This document shows, one piece after another, positions 27,048 to 36,816 of a stretch of DNA of 64,000 nucleotides. Both the position numbers and the translations under genes were made by a program. The notes beneath the pieces were generated by a model, which was not told the origin of the DNA, did no database searches, and was given only the letters and a program-made list of their open reading frames with translations. This DNA is from a bacterium (GTDB lineage Bacteria > Auribacterota > Auribacteria > Auribacterales > Auribacteraceae): NCBI GenBank assembly GCA_018435605.1, contig JAHDNF010000004.1, positions 184,542 through 248,541 on the forward strand, in the 5' to 3' direction. Position 1 is the first letter of the stretch, and every line of letters starts with the position of its first letter.

Positions 27048-28778
27048 ATGAATAACAGCCAGCCCAATCAGATCGTATATACCAACAACGCCCGGTGCAG
27101 AGATTGTTACCGGTGTATACGGGTATGTCCGGTCAAGGCAATTCAGATAAAAAACGGCCAGGCTTTCGTTGACCCGCAGAGGTGTATTGTATGCGGAACA
27201 TGCATCAGGGAATGCCCGCAAGGCGCTAAGACTTATAGGCACGACATAGAACAAGCCGCCACACTGGCGGCGCAACGCACTGTCGCAGTAAGCATAGCGC
27301 CGTCTTATGCCGCTGTTTTTCCCGACTGGCAACGCAAAAGGCTGGCTTCCGCTTTGAGAAAGCTGGGGTTTGATTATATTGCCGAAACGGCGATAGGCGC
27401 GTACCTGTCCGCGAAAAAAACAGTAGAATACACCTCAGCCAAGTGCGATATGCCGCATATTTGCACAGCTTGTCCTGCGGTGGTCAATTACGTCGAAAAA
27501 TATAACGACAATTACATTAATCTGCTTGTTCCGGCTGTATCGCCCATGGTCGCTCACGCTAAATTTTTAAAAGAAAAATACGGGAAAAATACAGCAGTAG
27601 TTTTTATAGGGCCGTGCGTGGCAAAAAAAGCCGAAGCGCAACGCGACGAGTATTCATCGCTAATCGATTGCGTATTAACCTTTGAGGAACTGTTTATATG
27701 GTTTGAACAGGCGGGCATCAATCTTAAAACATGCGAAGAAAGCGATTTCGACGACTATCCTCCCGCTGAGGCGCGATATTATTCTATAGAAGGAGGATGG
27801 CTGAAAACCGCCGGTTGCGGCAGTGACCGCTTTGACTCCATGTACCTGTGCGTAAGCGGATTTGAGTCGGTAGAAGAATCACTGAAAACCGTTGCCGAAC
27901 TGGAAAAACCGTGTATAGTCGAACCGCTGTTCTGCCCGCACGGATGCATCAACGGACCGGGAATTCATACTCAAGGCAACCTGTTTACCCGGCGCACAGC
28001 AATTATAGAACACGCCGGAGAAAATAAACCGGAGCGTATAAATAAAACTCCGGAAACTCAAGCCGATTTGACAACATCGTTTATAAAACGGTCTTCGGAT
28101 ATTCTCAAAAATGTTTCCCAAGATAAAGTCAGGGAAGTACTTGAAAAGACCGGTAAACTAAACGAGGCCGATCAACTCAACTGCGGCGCATGCGGATATC
28201 CGACATGCCGACAGCAGGCTATAGCCGTTGTGCAGGGCATGGCTGAAATAGATATGTGTATACCTTTCATGCGCCGCCTTGCCGAACAACGGTCAGACCG
28301 GATAATAGAAACCAGCCCGAACGGCATGGTCATTGTAGACGAGGACTTGCGCATCCTTACCATGAATCCGGCATTCAGGAAAATGTTCCTGTGCTCGGAA
28401 AATATTTTCGGCAAAAATATTTCACGGCTCATGGACCCTGAACATTTCATAAAAGTTATCTCAGGCAAAGAAGAAACAGTTACCGCCGTGGTATATCATC
28501 AACGATACGGCCTTATTTGCCATCAGGTGTTTTATATGCTCAAAGACGAACGCCAGATTGTGGGCATCTTTCTTGACATCACCAAAAGCCATACCGATCA
28601 TAAGCGCCTCGAAGAACTTAAAGCAAAAACCATTTTGCAGGCTCGGGAACTGTATGAACATCAAATCGGAATGGCAAGCGAATTTGCCAGATTTCTCGGC
28701 GAGTATACAGCCAAAGGGGAAAAACTGATCGATAACCTCATGCAGTTGAACGATAACCCGCAAGAGGGCGTAGATTGA
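27048..28778 (+). CDS. hydS: Sensory-type [FeFe]-hydrogenase (HydS/HfsB-like, group C): 2x[4Fe-4S] N-term, modified H-cluster domain, Cx2Cx4Cx16C cluster, C-terminal PAS domain
   Basis: CRDCYRCIRVCP and CIVCGTCIRECP. L1 is altered to CTACPAV (canonical TSCCPxW). L2 GPCVAKKAE. L3 EPLFCPHGCINGPG. Also CGACGYPTC-x16-C, and a PAS-like C-terminus (IIETSPNGMVIVDEDLRILTMNPAFRKMF). Confidence 0.75.
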   Translation: MNNSQPNQIVYTNNARCRDCYRCIRVCPVKAIQIKNGQAFVDPQRCIVCGTCIRECPQGAKTYRHDIEQAATLAAQRTVAVSIAPSYAAVFPDWQRKRLASALRKLGFDYIAETAIGAYLSAKKTVEYTSAKCDMPHICTACPAVVNYVEKYNDNYINLLVPAVSPMVAHAKFLKEKYGKNTAVVFIGPCVAKKAEAQRDEYSSLIDCVLTFEELFIWFEQAGINLKTCEESDFDDYPPAEARYYSIEGGWLKTAGCGSDRFDSMYLCVSGFESVEESLKTVAELEKPCIVEPLFCPHGCINGPGIHTQGNLFTRRTAIIEHAGENKPERINKTPETQADLTTSFIKRSSDILKNVSQDKVREVLEKTGKLNEADQLNCGACGYPTCRQQAIAVVQGMAEIDMCIPFMRRLAEQRSDRIIETSPNGMVIVDEDLRILTMNPAFRKMFLCSENIFGKNISRLMDPEHFIKVISGKEETVTAVVYHQRYGLICHQVFYMLKDERQIVGIFLDITKSHTDHKRLEELKAKTILQARELYEHQIGMASEFARFLGEYTAKGEKLIDNLMQLNDNPQEGVD

Positions 28779-29932
28779 TCATGATGAAAAACTCTTTTGT
28801 CGATATCTACTATAAACAATCTTCAAAAAGACCCGGCGACCCGTGCGGCGATGTGGTTGTATATAAGCGGGACGCCTACCACACCACAATTCTGCTGGTC
28901 GACGGCATCGGTTCGGGTATCAAAGCTCATATTGCCGCAACAATGAACTCGGCTCGTATCATGCAAATGCTTGCGGACGGGTTTTCTGTTCGCGACGTTT
29001 TTTCCCATATGGTAAAAACCATGAACGAATGGCGCAACTACGACAAACCGTTTTCAGCATTCACCCTTACACGCATTATGCACGACGGCACAGCAACAAT
29101 GCTCTCATACGAGGCTCCGGTACCGTTACTGCTAGGCGCTCGCGAAGCGTATGTGCTTCCCGCACAAACGTTGACTATCGGTGAAGCATTGGTCAGCGAA
29201 ATAGATTATCACCTAAGGCACGGCGAGGGCGTCGTACTGGTTTCAGACGGTATAACCCAAGCAGGAATAGGCAACGGACTTCCCAGAGGCTGGACTATCG
29301 AAGGCGTCAACGGATTTGTCAACCGCCTTGTTTCCCGCTCAACACCAACGGAAGATATCCCAGATCAAATTATTCAAGAGGCTTTTGTGATTGACGGATC
29401 TACATTCAACGACGATTGTACTGTAATAGCCGCCCCGTTTCGACACGGGCATGTGGTTACCATATTAACCGGACCTCCCGAATCACCCGCCGACGATGAA
29501 AAATCAATCGCAATGTTTCTTGAAAACAAAGGCACTAAAATCGTATGCGGGTCAACAACCGCTAATATTGTCGCAAGACACCTCAATACCGAGGTGCGGG
29601 TAGAGCATAACCGCAGGAATACAGGGACACCTCCGCAATATTTCATTGACGGGATCGATCTGGTAACAGAAGGAGCGATTACCCTTAATCAACTGCATAA
29701 TATCCTCGACGAAGATTTGCTCAACACAGCCGAACGAAGCGCTGTTTTCGATCTGTGGCAACAAATAATGGAATCCGACCGGATTCAGTTCATGGTAGGA
29801 AAAAAAATCAACTCTGCCAGCGACGATATAATATGGCGCAAACAAGGTATTTTACCGCGTATCCGCATTGTCAACCTGCTGGCAAAAAAACTCGAATCCA
29901 TGGGCAAACTGGTTACCATAACCTACGTATAA
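28775..29932 (+). CDS. PP2C-family (SpoIIE/RsbU-like) serine phosphatase with an uncharacterised C-terminal domain, translationally coupled to hydS
   Basis: GDVVVY...TTILLVDGIGSGIKAHIAA and VVLVSDGITQAG match PPM/SpoIIE metal-binding motifs. ATGA overlap with the hydS stop. Confidence 0.6.
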   Translation: MIMMKNSFVDIYYKQSSKRPGDPCGDVVVYKRDAYHTTILLVDGIGSGIKAHIAATMNSARIMQMLADGFSVRDVFSHMVKTMNEWRNYDKPFSAFTLTRIMHDGTATMLSYEAPVPLLLGAREAYVLPAQTLTIGEALVSEIDYHLRHGEGVVLVSDGITQAGIGNGLPRGWTIEGVNGFVNRLVSRSTPTEDIPDQIIQEAFVIDGSTFNDDCTVIAAPFRHGHVVTILTGPPESPADDEKSIAMFLENKGTKIVCGSTTANIVARHLNTEVRVEHNRRNTGTPPQYFIDGIDLVTEGAITLNQLHNILDEDLLNTAERSAVFDLWQQIMESDRIQFMVGKKINSASDDIIWRKQGILPRIRIVNLLAKKLESMGKLVTITYV

Positions 29933-30184
29933 TACTTGCTGTAGCCTAAATGAATTAAGCCTGCATCGAACTGCTAACTTCCAATCCTTTTATCTTTTCA
30001 GAATTTTATCAAACAATAACTGGTACGGATTTTGTATAATCAAGGTATTTGAATTTATTGTTTTACGGGGAAAGACGGTTTGTGTAATTTTTACACACTA
30101 TGACGACGATTTATTTCATAAATACAACACTAAAGAGACATCTGTTACCAACGGATAATCCGAATCATGACAGGAGGAACACCC

Positions 30185-30796
30185 ATGAGCGAAAGACCGC
30201 CATTTTTTAAACGCAAATACATTGTGAACAAAGAATTACAGTTCCACATATCTATTGTCATGATTATGGAAATTCTTCTCATGGCAATTGTTATGAGTAC
30301 AATTATCGTATGCCTGAACAATTACTATCAAGAGATATTTCAGTATATCGCAGGTACTACCGAGTTGCAGACTCCATTGCGGGAAATAAATAAACCGATA
30401 TGGCTGTTTATGCTGGGTAGTGTAAGTTTTAGTGTGTTTGTTTTTGCTCTGGTAGGTATTTTTTTGTCTCACAAAATCGCCGGCCCTTTATACCGCATGA
30501 AACGTATAATGATTGATATCGGTAAAGGAAAATTGCCCCGTGAAATACGGTTTCGCAAAGGCGACCATATGCATGACATGGCTGACGCCCTAAATGAAAT
30601 GGTGCTTGGATTGCAAAACCGCGACAAAACGACTCTTGAGGCTATAAATAAAATAGAACGCATTGTTAACGAGTTAGCCAAAGCACTTGCCGATTCAAAT
30701 CAGACTAAAAAACGCGATGAGTCCATTCAGCAACATCTTGGAGAATTGAATAGACTGATTGAAACGGAAAAAATCAAACACCCGGAAATAGCGTAA
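30185..30796 (+). CDS. Small membrane protein with two TM helices and a HAMP domain, no output domain
   Basis: Two hydrophobic segments, then IAGPLYRMKRIMIDIGKGKLPREIRFRKGDHMHDMADALNEMVLGL (HAMP pattern). AGGAGG RBS before the ATG at 30185. Confidence 0.5.
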   Translation: MSERPPFFKRKYIVNKELQFHISIVMIMEILLMAIVMSTIIVCLNNYYQEIFQYIAGTTELQTPLREINKPIWLFMLGSVSFSVFVFALVGIFLSHKIAGPLYRMKRIMIDIGKGKLPREIRFRKGDHMHDMADALNEMVLGLQNRDKTTLEAINKIERIVNELAKALADSNQTKKRDESIQQHLGELNRLIETEKIKHPEIA

Positions 30797-30807
30797 GGAG
30801 TTGATCC

Positions 30808-32502
30808 GTGAAAATTTCACCGCATCGTGAACTGAAGTCTAACAATATCGGATTCACTTTGCTTGAGCTGGTTGTAGTGGTAGCTGTATTAATGGTTGTT
30901 CTCTCAATTATAATCGCCGCTTCGCGTGAACTCAAGTATCATTCCAATCTTGCGTTTTGTATGAATAATCTGCGGCAGATTTCCCTTGCAATGGTAACCT
31001 ATCATAACGATCATAACGACTATCCGTACGGCTTGCCTTACGATACTTTGAGCAACCAATTGAGCAGATATTTATCCAGCGACAAGATATTTGTCTGCCC
31101 GCAGGATGATTACGAATCCGTAGACAGTTACAGCCAATTTTATTGTTATCCCGGTCAAGATGCTGATGGTAGCAAATATGTTGTGGGATGCCCTCGCCAT
31201 AAACGCGGCAGTCTGTGCGCCGCGGTTTTGGGTTTTCAGACGGCTTACATGACAAAATCGGCTAAAGTGACGGTGGATAATGTGGCTATTCGCACAGGTT
31301 GCGCTACTTCTGGCACAATGAATCTGGAAGACGGAACTACGATCAGTTCGAACGACATAGAGATGCACCTCGTGCAGTCGTTTCGCATGGCGGACGGATC
31401 TCTGTATACTATAATTCGCGTTCCTGAAGGAGAAACAGGTTCTTTGACTGTCAACGCTACCGAAGGAACGCAACTGGAGATTGTTACTCCTTCGCTTATA
31501 GCGGCTATTCGCGGAACTGCGTTTACAGTCGAGGTACAGTATGATAACGATTTACCTCTATCCAGTATATATGTTCATGACGGAATGGTTGAAGTACAAC
31601 CCATAAACGGTTTGCGCAGGGTTGATAACGAATTCGTAGCGGCAGGCAAACGGGGCATGCACCTACGCCCCGGTGAATCGGTACAGATATATACTGAACC
31701 TCAGAAAATAAATATATCTGCGCTCAATACCAGAGTTGAAGCTTTGCAGGCTAAAATCCGCCGCGGTCTTGCGAGCGGAAAAGATATGAACCCTGAAATA
31801 GGTATGATCAAATGGCTAATGTCTTTCAGCAGTACTCCGGTATCTTTGGATTTTCCATCCGCAAAACCGGTCTATGATTTTTCCGGATCATATAATTCGG
31901 TAGCCGAAGCGCGGCAAGGGGCAATGAATGCGGTTCAAGGCATAAACAACGAAATGGATAATACAAGAACGGCTAAAAACTTCATTAAAAATATTGCCAA
32001 CGAAGCGGAAAAAACATTAGGCGCTATTGTCAGGGATGCTGACACGTCGCAGAAACAATTAAATAAAGTGGTGGATGATTTATCCAAAAATAAACTCAGC
32101 AAAGCTATGGAATCCGCTCAAGCCGCTCAGGATGCCGCTATCGCCGCAGAACAGAAGGCTATTTTGATCAATCAACAGCTTCAGGCCGCTCAGCAAGCTA
32201 AGATAAATGCTGATAATGCCGTGGCCAGAGCGCAAGAATTAGCCGGCCATGCGGAAACCGCCGCTAACCAAGCCGCGGTGCTCGCTCAAGGCAACCCAAC
32301 TGAAACCGGAAACGCACAACAGGCTAGAGTCTTAGCGGAAAAAGCTGTGAATGAAGTCCAAAAAGCTATACAGGAAGCGAATCAGTCGGCTATAGATTTA
32401 TATAACATAATGCAGGCGCTACAAACTGCCAATGAAACCGCGGGATCCGCACGGTCATCGGCAAATCAGGCAAATCAACTGATCAGTCAGCACGGCAATT
32501 GA
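30808..32502 (+). CDS. Prepilin-type N-terminal cleavage/methylation-domain protein (DUF1559-like N-terminal region) with a long C-terminal Ala/Gln-rich coiled coil
   Basis: Class-III signal N-IGFTLLELVVVVAVLMVV (G-1, F+1, E+5). CMNNLRQISLAMVTYHNDH resembles the CxNNLKQIGLA..YH block of PVC-type DUF1559/H-X9-DG proteins. C-terminus has QAAQDAAIAAEQKAILINQQLQAAQQAK... repeats. GTG start with AAGGAG RBS. Confidence 0.5.
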   Translation: MKISPHRELKSNNIGFTLLELVVVVAVLMVVLSIIIAASRELKYHSNLAFCMNNLRQISLAMVTYHNDHNDYPYGLPYDTLSNQLSRYLSSDKIFVCPQDDYESVDSYSQFYCYPGQDADGSKYVVGCPRHKRGSLCAAVLGFQTAYMTKSAKVTVDNVAIRTGCATSGTMNLEDGTTISSNDIEMHLVQSFRMADGSLYTIIRVPEGETGSLTVNATEGTQLEIVTPSLIAAIRGTAFTVEVQYDNDLPLSSIYVHDGMVEVQPINGLRRVDNEFVAAGKRGMHLRPGESVQIYTEPQKINISALNTRVEALQAKIRRGLASGKDMNPEIGMIKWLMSFSSTPVSLDFPSAKPVYDFSGSYNSVAEARQGAMNAVQGINNEMDNTRTAKNFIKNIANEAEKTLGAIVRDADTSQKQLNKVVDDLSKNKLSKAMESAQAAQDAAIAAEQKAILINQQLQAAQQAKINADNAVARAQELAGHAETAANQAAVLAQGNPTETGNAQQARVLAEKAVNEVQKAIQEANQSAIDLYNIMQALQTANETAGSARSSANQANQLISQHGN

Positions 32503-32540
32503 TGTACGCATAACGCCTTCGAGATAAAATATTTATCTCA

Positions 32541-34232
32541 TCATTCGGAAGTGTTACGCTGAATTTTCGCCCATGTATCTTTCAAAGAAACGGCTCTATT
32601 GAATACGAGTTTGCCGTTTTTTGAGTCCGGATCAATAGTAAAATACCCGTGCCGCAGAAATTGCAGGCTAGTTCTCGCAGGCATTTCCATTAAACCCGGT
32701 TCTACCTTGCTGTCCGCAATTATTTCCAGAGAATTCGGGTTGAGGTTAGACAAAAAGTCCTTGCCTTCCTCTGCGTCTTCAGGATTCGGCTTGTTGAACA
32801 GATTCTCGTATATGCGCACTTCCGCGTCAACTGCATGGTCAACGGATACCCAATGGAGAGTTCCTTTGACTTTTCTTCCGTCTTGGGACCATCCGCCTTT
32901 GGTTGCCGGATCATAAGAACATAACAATTCCACAGGCTGTCCGCTGGAATCTTTGAGGACTTCATCACAGGTAATATAATATGCGTGCTTCAAGCGAACC
33001 TCAGCGCCAGGCGACAAACGGAAATACTTTTTAGGCGGGTTTTCCATGAAGTCGTCCTGCTCGATATAAATTACCCGCGAAAATGGAATCATACGCACAC
33101 CCATTGACTCGTCTTCAGGATTGTTTAGAGCTTCAAGTTGCTCAACTTTTCCTTCAGGATAATTTGTGATGGTAACTTTCAAAGGACGCAAAACAGCCAT
33201 AGCGCGCGGCGCTCGTTTATTCAAGTCTTCACGCAAACAATATTCAAGAAGCGCAAGATCAACTGTGCTTTCGCTCTTGCCCACACCGATCATTTCGCAG
33301 AATGTTCTGATCGCTTCAGGGGTATATCCGCGCCTGCGCAATCCGGCAATAGTAGGCATTCGAGGGTCATCCCATCCACTGACAATATTTTCTTTGACCA
33401 ACCGCAAGAGCTTGCGTTTGCTCATTACAGTATATGTCAGATTAAGACGGGCAAACTCAATTTGCTGTGGATGAAATACGTTGAGTTTTTCCAGAAACCA
33501 GTCGTATAAGGGACGGTGATCTTCAAATTCCAATGTACAAATGGAATGGGTTATTTTCTCAATGGAGTCTTCAAGCCCGTGCGCAAAATCGTACATCGGA
33601 TAAATGCACCATTTATCACCTGTACGGTGATGCGATGCTTTTAAAATACGGTATACGGCAGGATCTCGCATATTTATATTGGGAGATGCCATATCTATTT
33701 TTGCGCGAAGGATGCATTCGCCTTCCTCAAAATCCCCGTTTTTCATTTTCTCGAATAACGCAAGGTTTTCTTCTATTGTCCTGTCTCGATAGGGACTAGG
33801 CTTACCCGGCTGGGTTAGAGTACCGCGGTACTCTCGTATCTGATCTGCGGTAAGGTGATCCACGTAAGCCAAACCGTCTTTAATAAGCTGTAGCGCCGCC
33901 TGATAGAACTGTTCGAAATAATCGGAGGCAAAATACAGCCGGTCTTCCCAATCAAAACCCAGCCACCGCACGTCTTCTTTTATGGATTCGACATATTCGA
34001 GTTCTTCTTTAACAGGGTTGGTGTCGTCAAACCGCAGATTACACAACCCGTTGAATTCTTTGGCAATACCGAAATTAAGGCATATCGATTTTGCGTGGCC
34101 TATATGCAAATAACCATTCGGTTCGGGTGGGAACCGGGTATGTACTCTTGAGCCGTTTTTATTATCTTCCAGATCTTTTTTTATTATTTCTTTGATAAAG
34201 TGGGAAACCGGCTGAGTTTTTTCCTCTGACAT
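32541..34232 (-). CDS. glnS: Glutaminyl-tRNA synthetase
   Basis: HIGH motif ([13 protein letters not shown]) and KMSKS-like VMSKRK. Size 563 aa. Confidence 0.9.
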   Translation of the reverse strand: MSEEKTQPVSHFIKEIIKKDLEDNKNGSRVHTRFPPEPNGYLHIGHAKSICLNFGIAKEFNGLCNLRFDDTNPVKEELEYVESIKEDVRWLGFDWEDRLYFASDYFEQFYQAALQLIKDGLAYVDHLTADQIREYRGTLTQPGKPSPYRDRTIEENLALFEKMKNGDFEEGECILRAKIDMASPNINMRDPAVYRILKASHHRTGDKWCIYPMYDFAHGLEDSIEKITHSICTLEFEDHRPLYDWFLEKLNVFHPQQIEFARLNLTYTVMSKRKLLRLVKENIVSGWDDPRMPTIAGLRRRGYTPEAIRTFCEMIGVGKSESTVDLALLEYCLREDLNKRAPRAMAVLRPLKVTITNYPEGKVEQLEALNNPEDESMGVRMIPFSRVIYIEQDDFMENPPKKYFRLSPGAEVRLKHAYYITCDEVLKDSSGQPVELLCSYDPATKGGWSQDGRKVKGTLHWVSVDHAVDAEVRIYENLFNKPNPEDAEEGKDFLSNLNPNSLEIIADSKVEPGLMEMPARTSLQFLRHGYFTIDPDSKNGKLVFNRAVSLKDTWAKIQRNTSE

Positions 34233-34372
34233 ATCTGTGCTCCTGTTATCGGTTGAGTGCTTTAAAATCAGAATTTACTTGATCTGCGAATATAATTTAC
34301 CCGCAAAAACAACCTAAAATCAACCATGAAAATTTAGATAATTTAACATTCAACAAAATATTTCACCATAAA

Positions 34373-36199
34373 CTAATTGAGAGTAAGGAACTTATTTTTC
34401 GCCTTAATCTGACGGGCGATATCGGAAATATTTTTGCGGATATACGTAACTTTATGAGCAGGCCCGTTTTCGTTTTCTGTCATCAAACCGTGCTCGACTA
34501 TTTCAACAAACTCATTTATTTTCGATTCCTGTAATGGATACGGATGCTCCGCCCAGAATTTAAGGTGTTCCATCTCGTACCTGCCCATCTTTTCAGAACC
34601 GTCAGCCGGACACAAAGGACGGGGGTTAACAGCCAACTGATAACCTTTAAGCGCCATAATCAGCGGCTGGTAATTGTGTTCCACATACAAACGGGCAAAC
34701 AGGTATTCCACCACAGTGGTTTTGTGCTGTCGTTCCCTATCCTGACAATGTATATTTTCAAGACTGAACCTCACGAAACCGTATTCATCTACGATTTCAC
34801 GGTTAAAAATGCGCTTTTCTCGCAAAATCTGATGCGTATCATACCCCAAATCACCGCCAAGCAACAATAAACAGATTAAATGATCTATATCGTTCTGGCG
34901 CGTAAACTGTACCTTCTCAGCCGCCTGAATGGATATATGCAAGCTGTGCGGACGAATACCGGTAAACCTAGTCGCTTCATTTATCAAGCGGTCTAAAATC
35001 CATGGATCAAGAGTTACCGGCTTCGACAAATCCTCGAAAATTTTACTGCGTCCGAACGCATACTCCAAAAAACCGAATGAACGTTCTTTGAGAGGATCAG
35101 GAAAATGATGGTCGTCTATGTGTCCGCCAATTTTCCACATCCTGCCGGTAAAATCGAAATCATGAAAGTAATGAAAATAGTTGTATACAGAATCAAACGG
35201 GCGCTCTTTTTCAACGGCAAACCGTCCGCCGGTACTGAATTCCACCTCCGCACCCAGAGGAATCACACCGGGATGGCGGTTTTTCTTAACCCACTCGACT
35301 TTCCGCTCTATCGATTCTTTATCATATATGGTATCCGCTATTTTTATTGCTTTATGCGCATAATCGACGTATTCCCATGAATCATTGAACGTATCCGCCT
35401 TATATTGTTTCATCAGCTGTGCAACCTCGTCCGAGCGCTCATTTACAACTGTAAGAGCGATCATTATCGAGATGGTATATGCGTAAAACTCGTGTTCCAC
35501 CTTAACCCGTCCGGTAAAATCGAATCTGATACGATCTTCTATCTGATTGAATATCATGTGTTTAACCGCAAACGATATATAGTTGTCGGCATACGCCAGT
35601 ATCGCAGGGTTGTTGCGGATAGGTTTAAGGGTAGGCAACTCCTTCTTTGCAAGATTTTTTGACAAATATTCCAGCGAAAGATTGCGGTGTTCTATGTGAG
35701 AACGCACCAGATCCTCGAAATCGGATCCAAGTAGCTCTTTCTTTATCCGCTGATATTCCGACGCCTTAAGAACATCCTGATCTTTTAAAGAATCCTGCAT
35801 CATCAGCTCGTTGACTTTGCTTGCGACATATTTTTCAATACGGTCTTCTATGTCGGTACCGGGTAAAAAATATTTTTTAATGGATTTAACATTGCCGATA
35901 TACACTTCGCATTCAACAGGACGAGTATTGCCTTCGGTATAAACCTTAACCGTGCGCCGCCAGTACAAATCGCCTTCAGCTTCGTACTTATCCATTTTAA
36001 GCATTGACTCGGCATCGACGTCATACAAAATATAACCGTCGACAAATTCGCCGAAATACGGAATAATAAACGGAAAGCAGGCTCTGGAAGTTACTTTACG
36101 ATAGTTTTTAAGGACAGCTTTTTCACTGCGGAACGTGTGGGACGTGACTATTTTTTGATTTTGTTCGCTGATTAACGTACCATATACAAATAAATTCAT
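34373..36199 (-). CDS. Fusion protein: N-terminal gamma-glutamyl cyclotransferase-like (GGCT/AIG2) domain plus ~480-aa uncharacterised C-terminal domain
   Basis: MNLFVYGTLISEQ... YGTL motif and ~110-aa GGCT-like region. The remainder has no motif I recognise. Confidence 0.45.
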   Translation of the reverse strand: MNLFVYGTLISEQNQKIVTSHTFRSEKAVLKNYRKVTSRACFPFIIPYFGEFVDGYILYDVDAESMLKMDKYEAEGDLYWRRTVKVYTEGNTRPVECEVYIGNVKSIKKYFLPGTDIEDRIEKYVASKVNELMMQDSLKDQDVLKASEYQRIKKELLGSDFEDLVRSHIEHRNLSLEYLSKNLAKKELPTLKPIRNNPAILAYADNYISFAVKHMIFNQIEDRIRFDFTGRVKVEHEFYAYTISIMIALTVVNERSDEVAQLMKQYKADTFNDSWEYVDYAHKAIKIADTIYDKESIERKVEWVKKNRHPGVIPLGAEVEFSTGGRFAVEKERPFDSVYNYFHYFHDFDFTGRMWKIGGHIDDHHFPDPLKERSFGFLEYAFGRSKIFEDLSKPVTLDPWILDRLINEATRFTGIRPHSLHISIQAAEKVQFTRQNDIDHLICLLLLGGDLGYDTHQILREKRIFNREIVDEYGFVRFSLENIHCQDRERQHKTTVVEYLFARLYVEHNYQPLIMALKGYQLAVNPRPLCPADGSEKMGRYEMEHLKFWAEHPYPLQESKINEFVEIVEHGLMTENENGPAHKVTYIRKNISDIARQIKAKNKFLTLN

Positions 36200-36255
36200 A
36201 TTGCCGATCTTGCTTACCCCAGCCGGAAAAATTTTTAAGAGCTTTTATTTGGTTA

Positions 36256-36771
36256 TCAGTATTTTATTATCGAATAAAGAGGATATGGATTAAGGGTCTT
36301 ACGGCCTTTGAGAAACTCCAGTTCCACTACGACAGCAATATCAACCAACTCCGCCCCCTGCGACGCTACCAATTCGGCACAAGCGCGCAATGTCCCTCCT
36401 GTAGCAATCAAATCGTCTACCAACAGGACACGGTCGTTCTTTTTTACTGCATCCACATGCATTTCTATAATGTCGGTACCGTATTCCAGATCATAGGTTT
36501 TCTGAATTGTTTTATACGGCAATTTACCCTTTTTACGAATCGGTATAAACCCGGCCTTCAACTGCACCGCCAACGCCGCTCCGATAATAAACCCGCGCGA
36601 TTCTATTCCCACCACATAATCAATCTTACTTTGCTTGTACTGCTCAAATAAAATACGGTTTACCTCCGCAAAAGTCTGAGGATTTTTAAGCAGTGGCGTA
36701 ATATCCTTAAAAACAATGCCTTTTTTAGGAAAATCTTTTATGTCTCGAATATATTTAGTCAAGACAGACAT
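36256..36771 (-). CDS. apt: Adenine phosphoribosyltransferase
   Basis: KDITPLL, VGIESRGFIIGAALA, LLVDDLIATGGTLRA PRPP-binding motif. Confidence 0.85.
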   Translation of the reverse strand: MSVLTKYIRDIKDFPKKGIVFKDITPLLKNPQTFAEVNRILFEQYKQSKIDYVVGIESRGFIIGAALAVQLKAGFIPIRKKGKLPYKTIQKTYDLEYGTDIIEMHVDAVKKNDRVLLVDDLIATGGTLRACAELVASQGAELVDIAVVVELEFLKGRKTLNPYPLYSIIKY

Positions 36772-36816
36772 GATAGCAAATCTCCTGTAAATGGTGGGTT
36801 AGGTTTGCGGTTGCGG

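Noticed and set aside
32599-33799. Several 88-123 aa ORFs on the plus strand inside glnS
   Set aside because: They lie fully within and antisense to a well-supported glnS CDS with HIGH/KMSKS motifs, and have no motifs or RBS. They are typical shadow ORFs.
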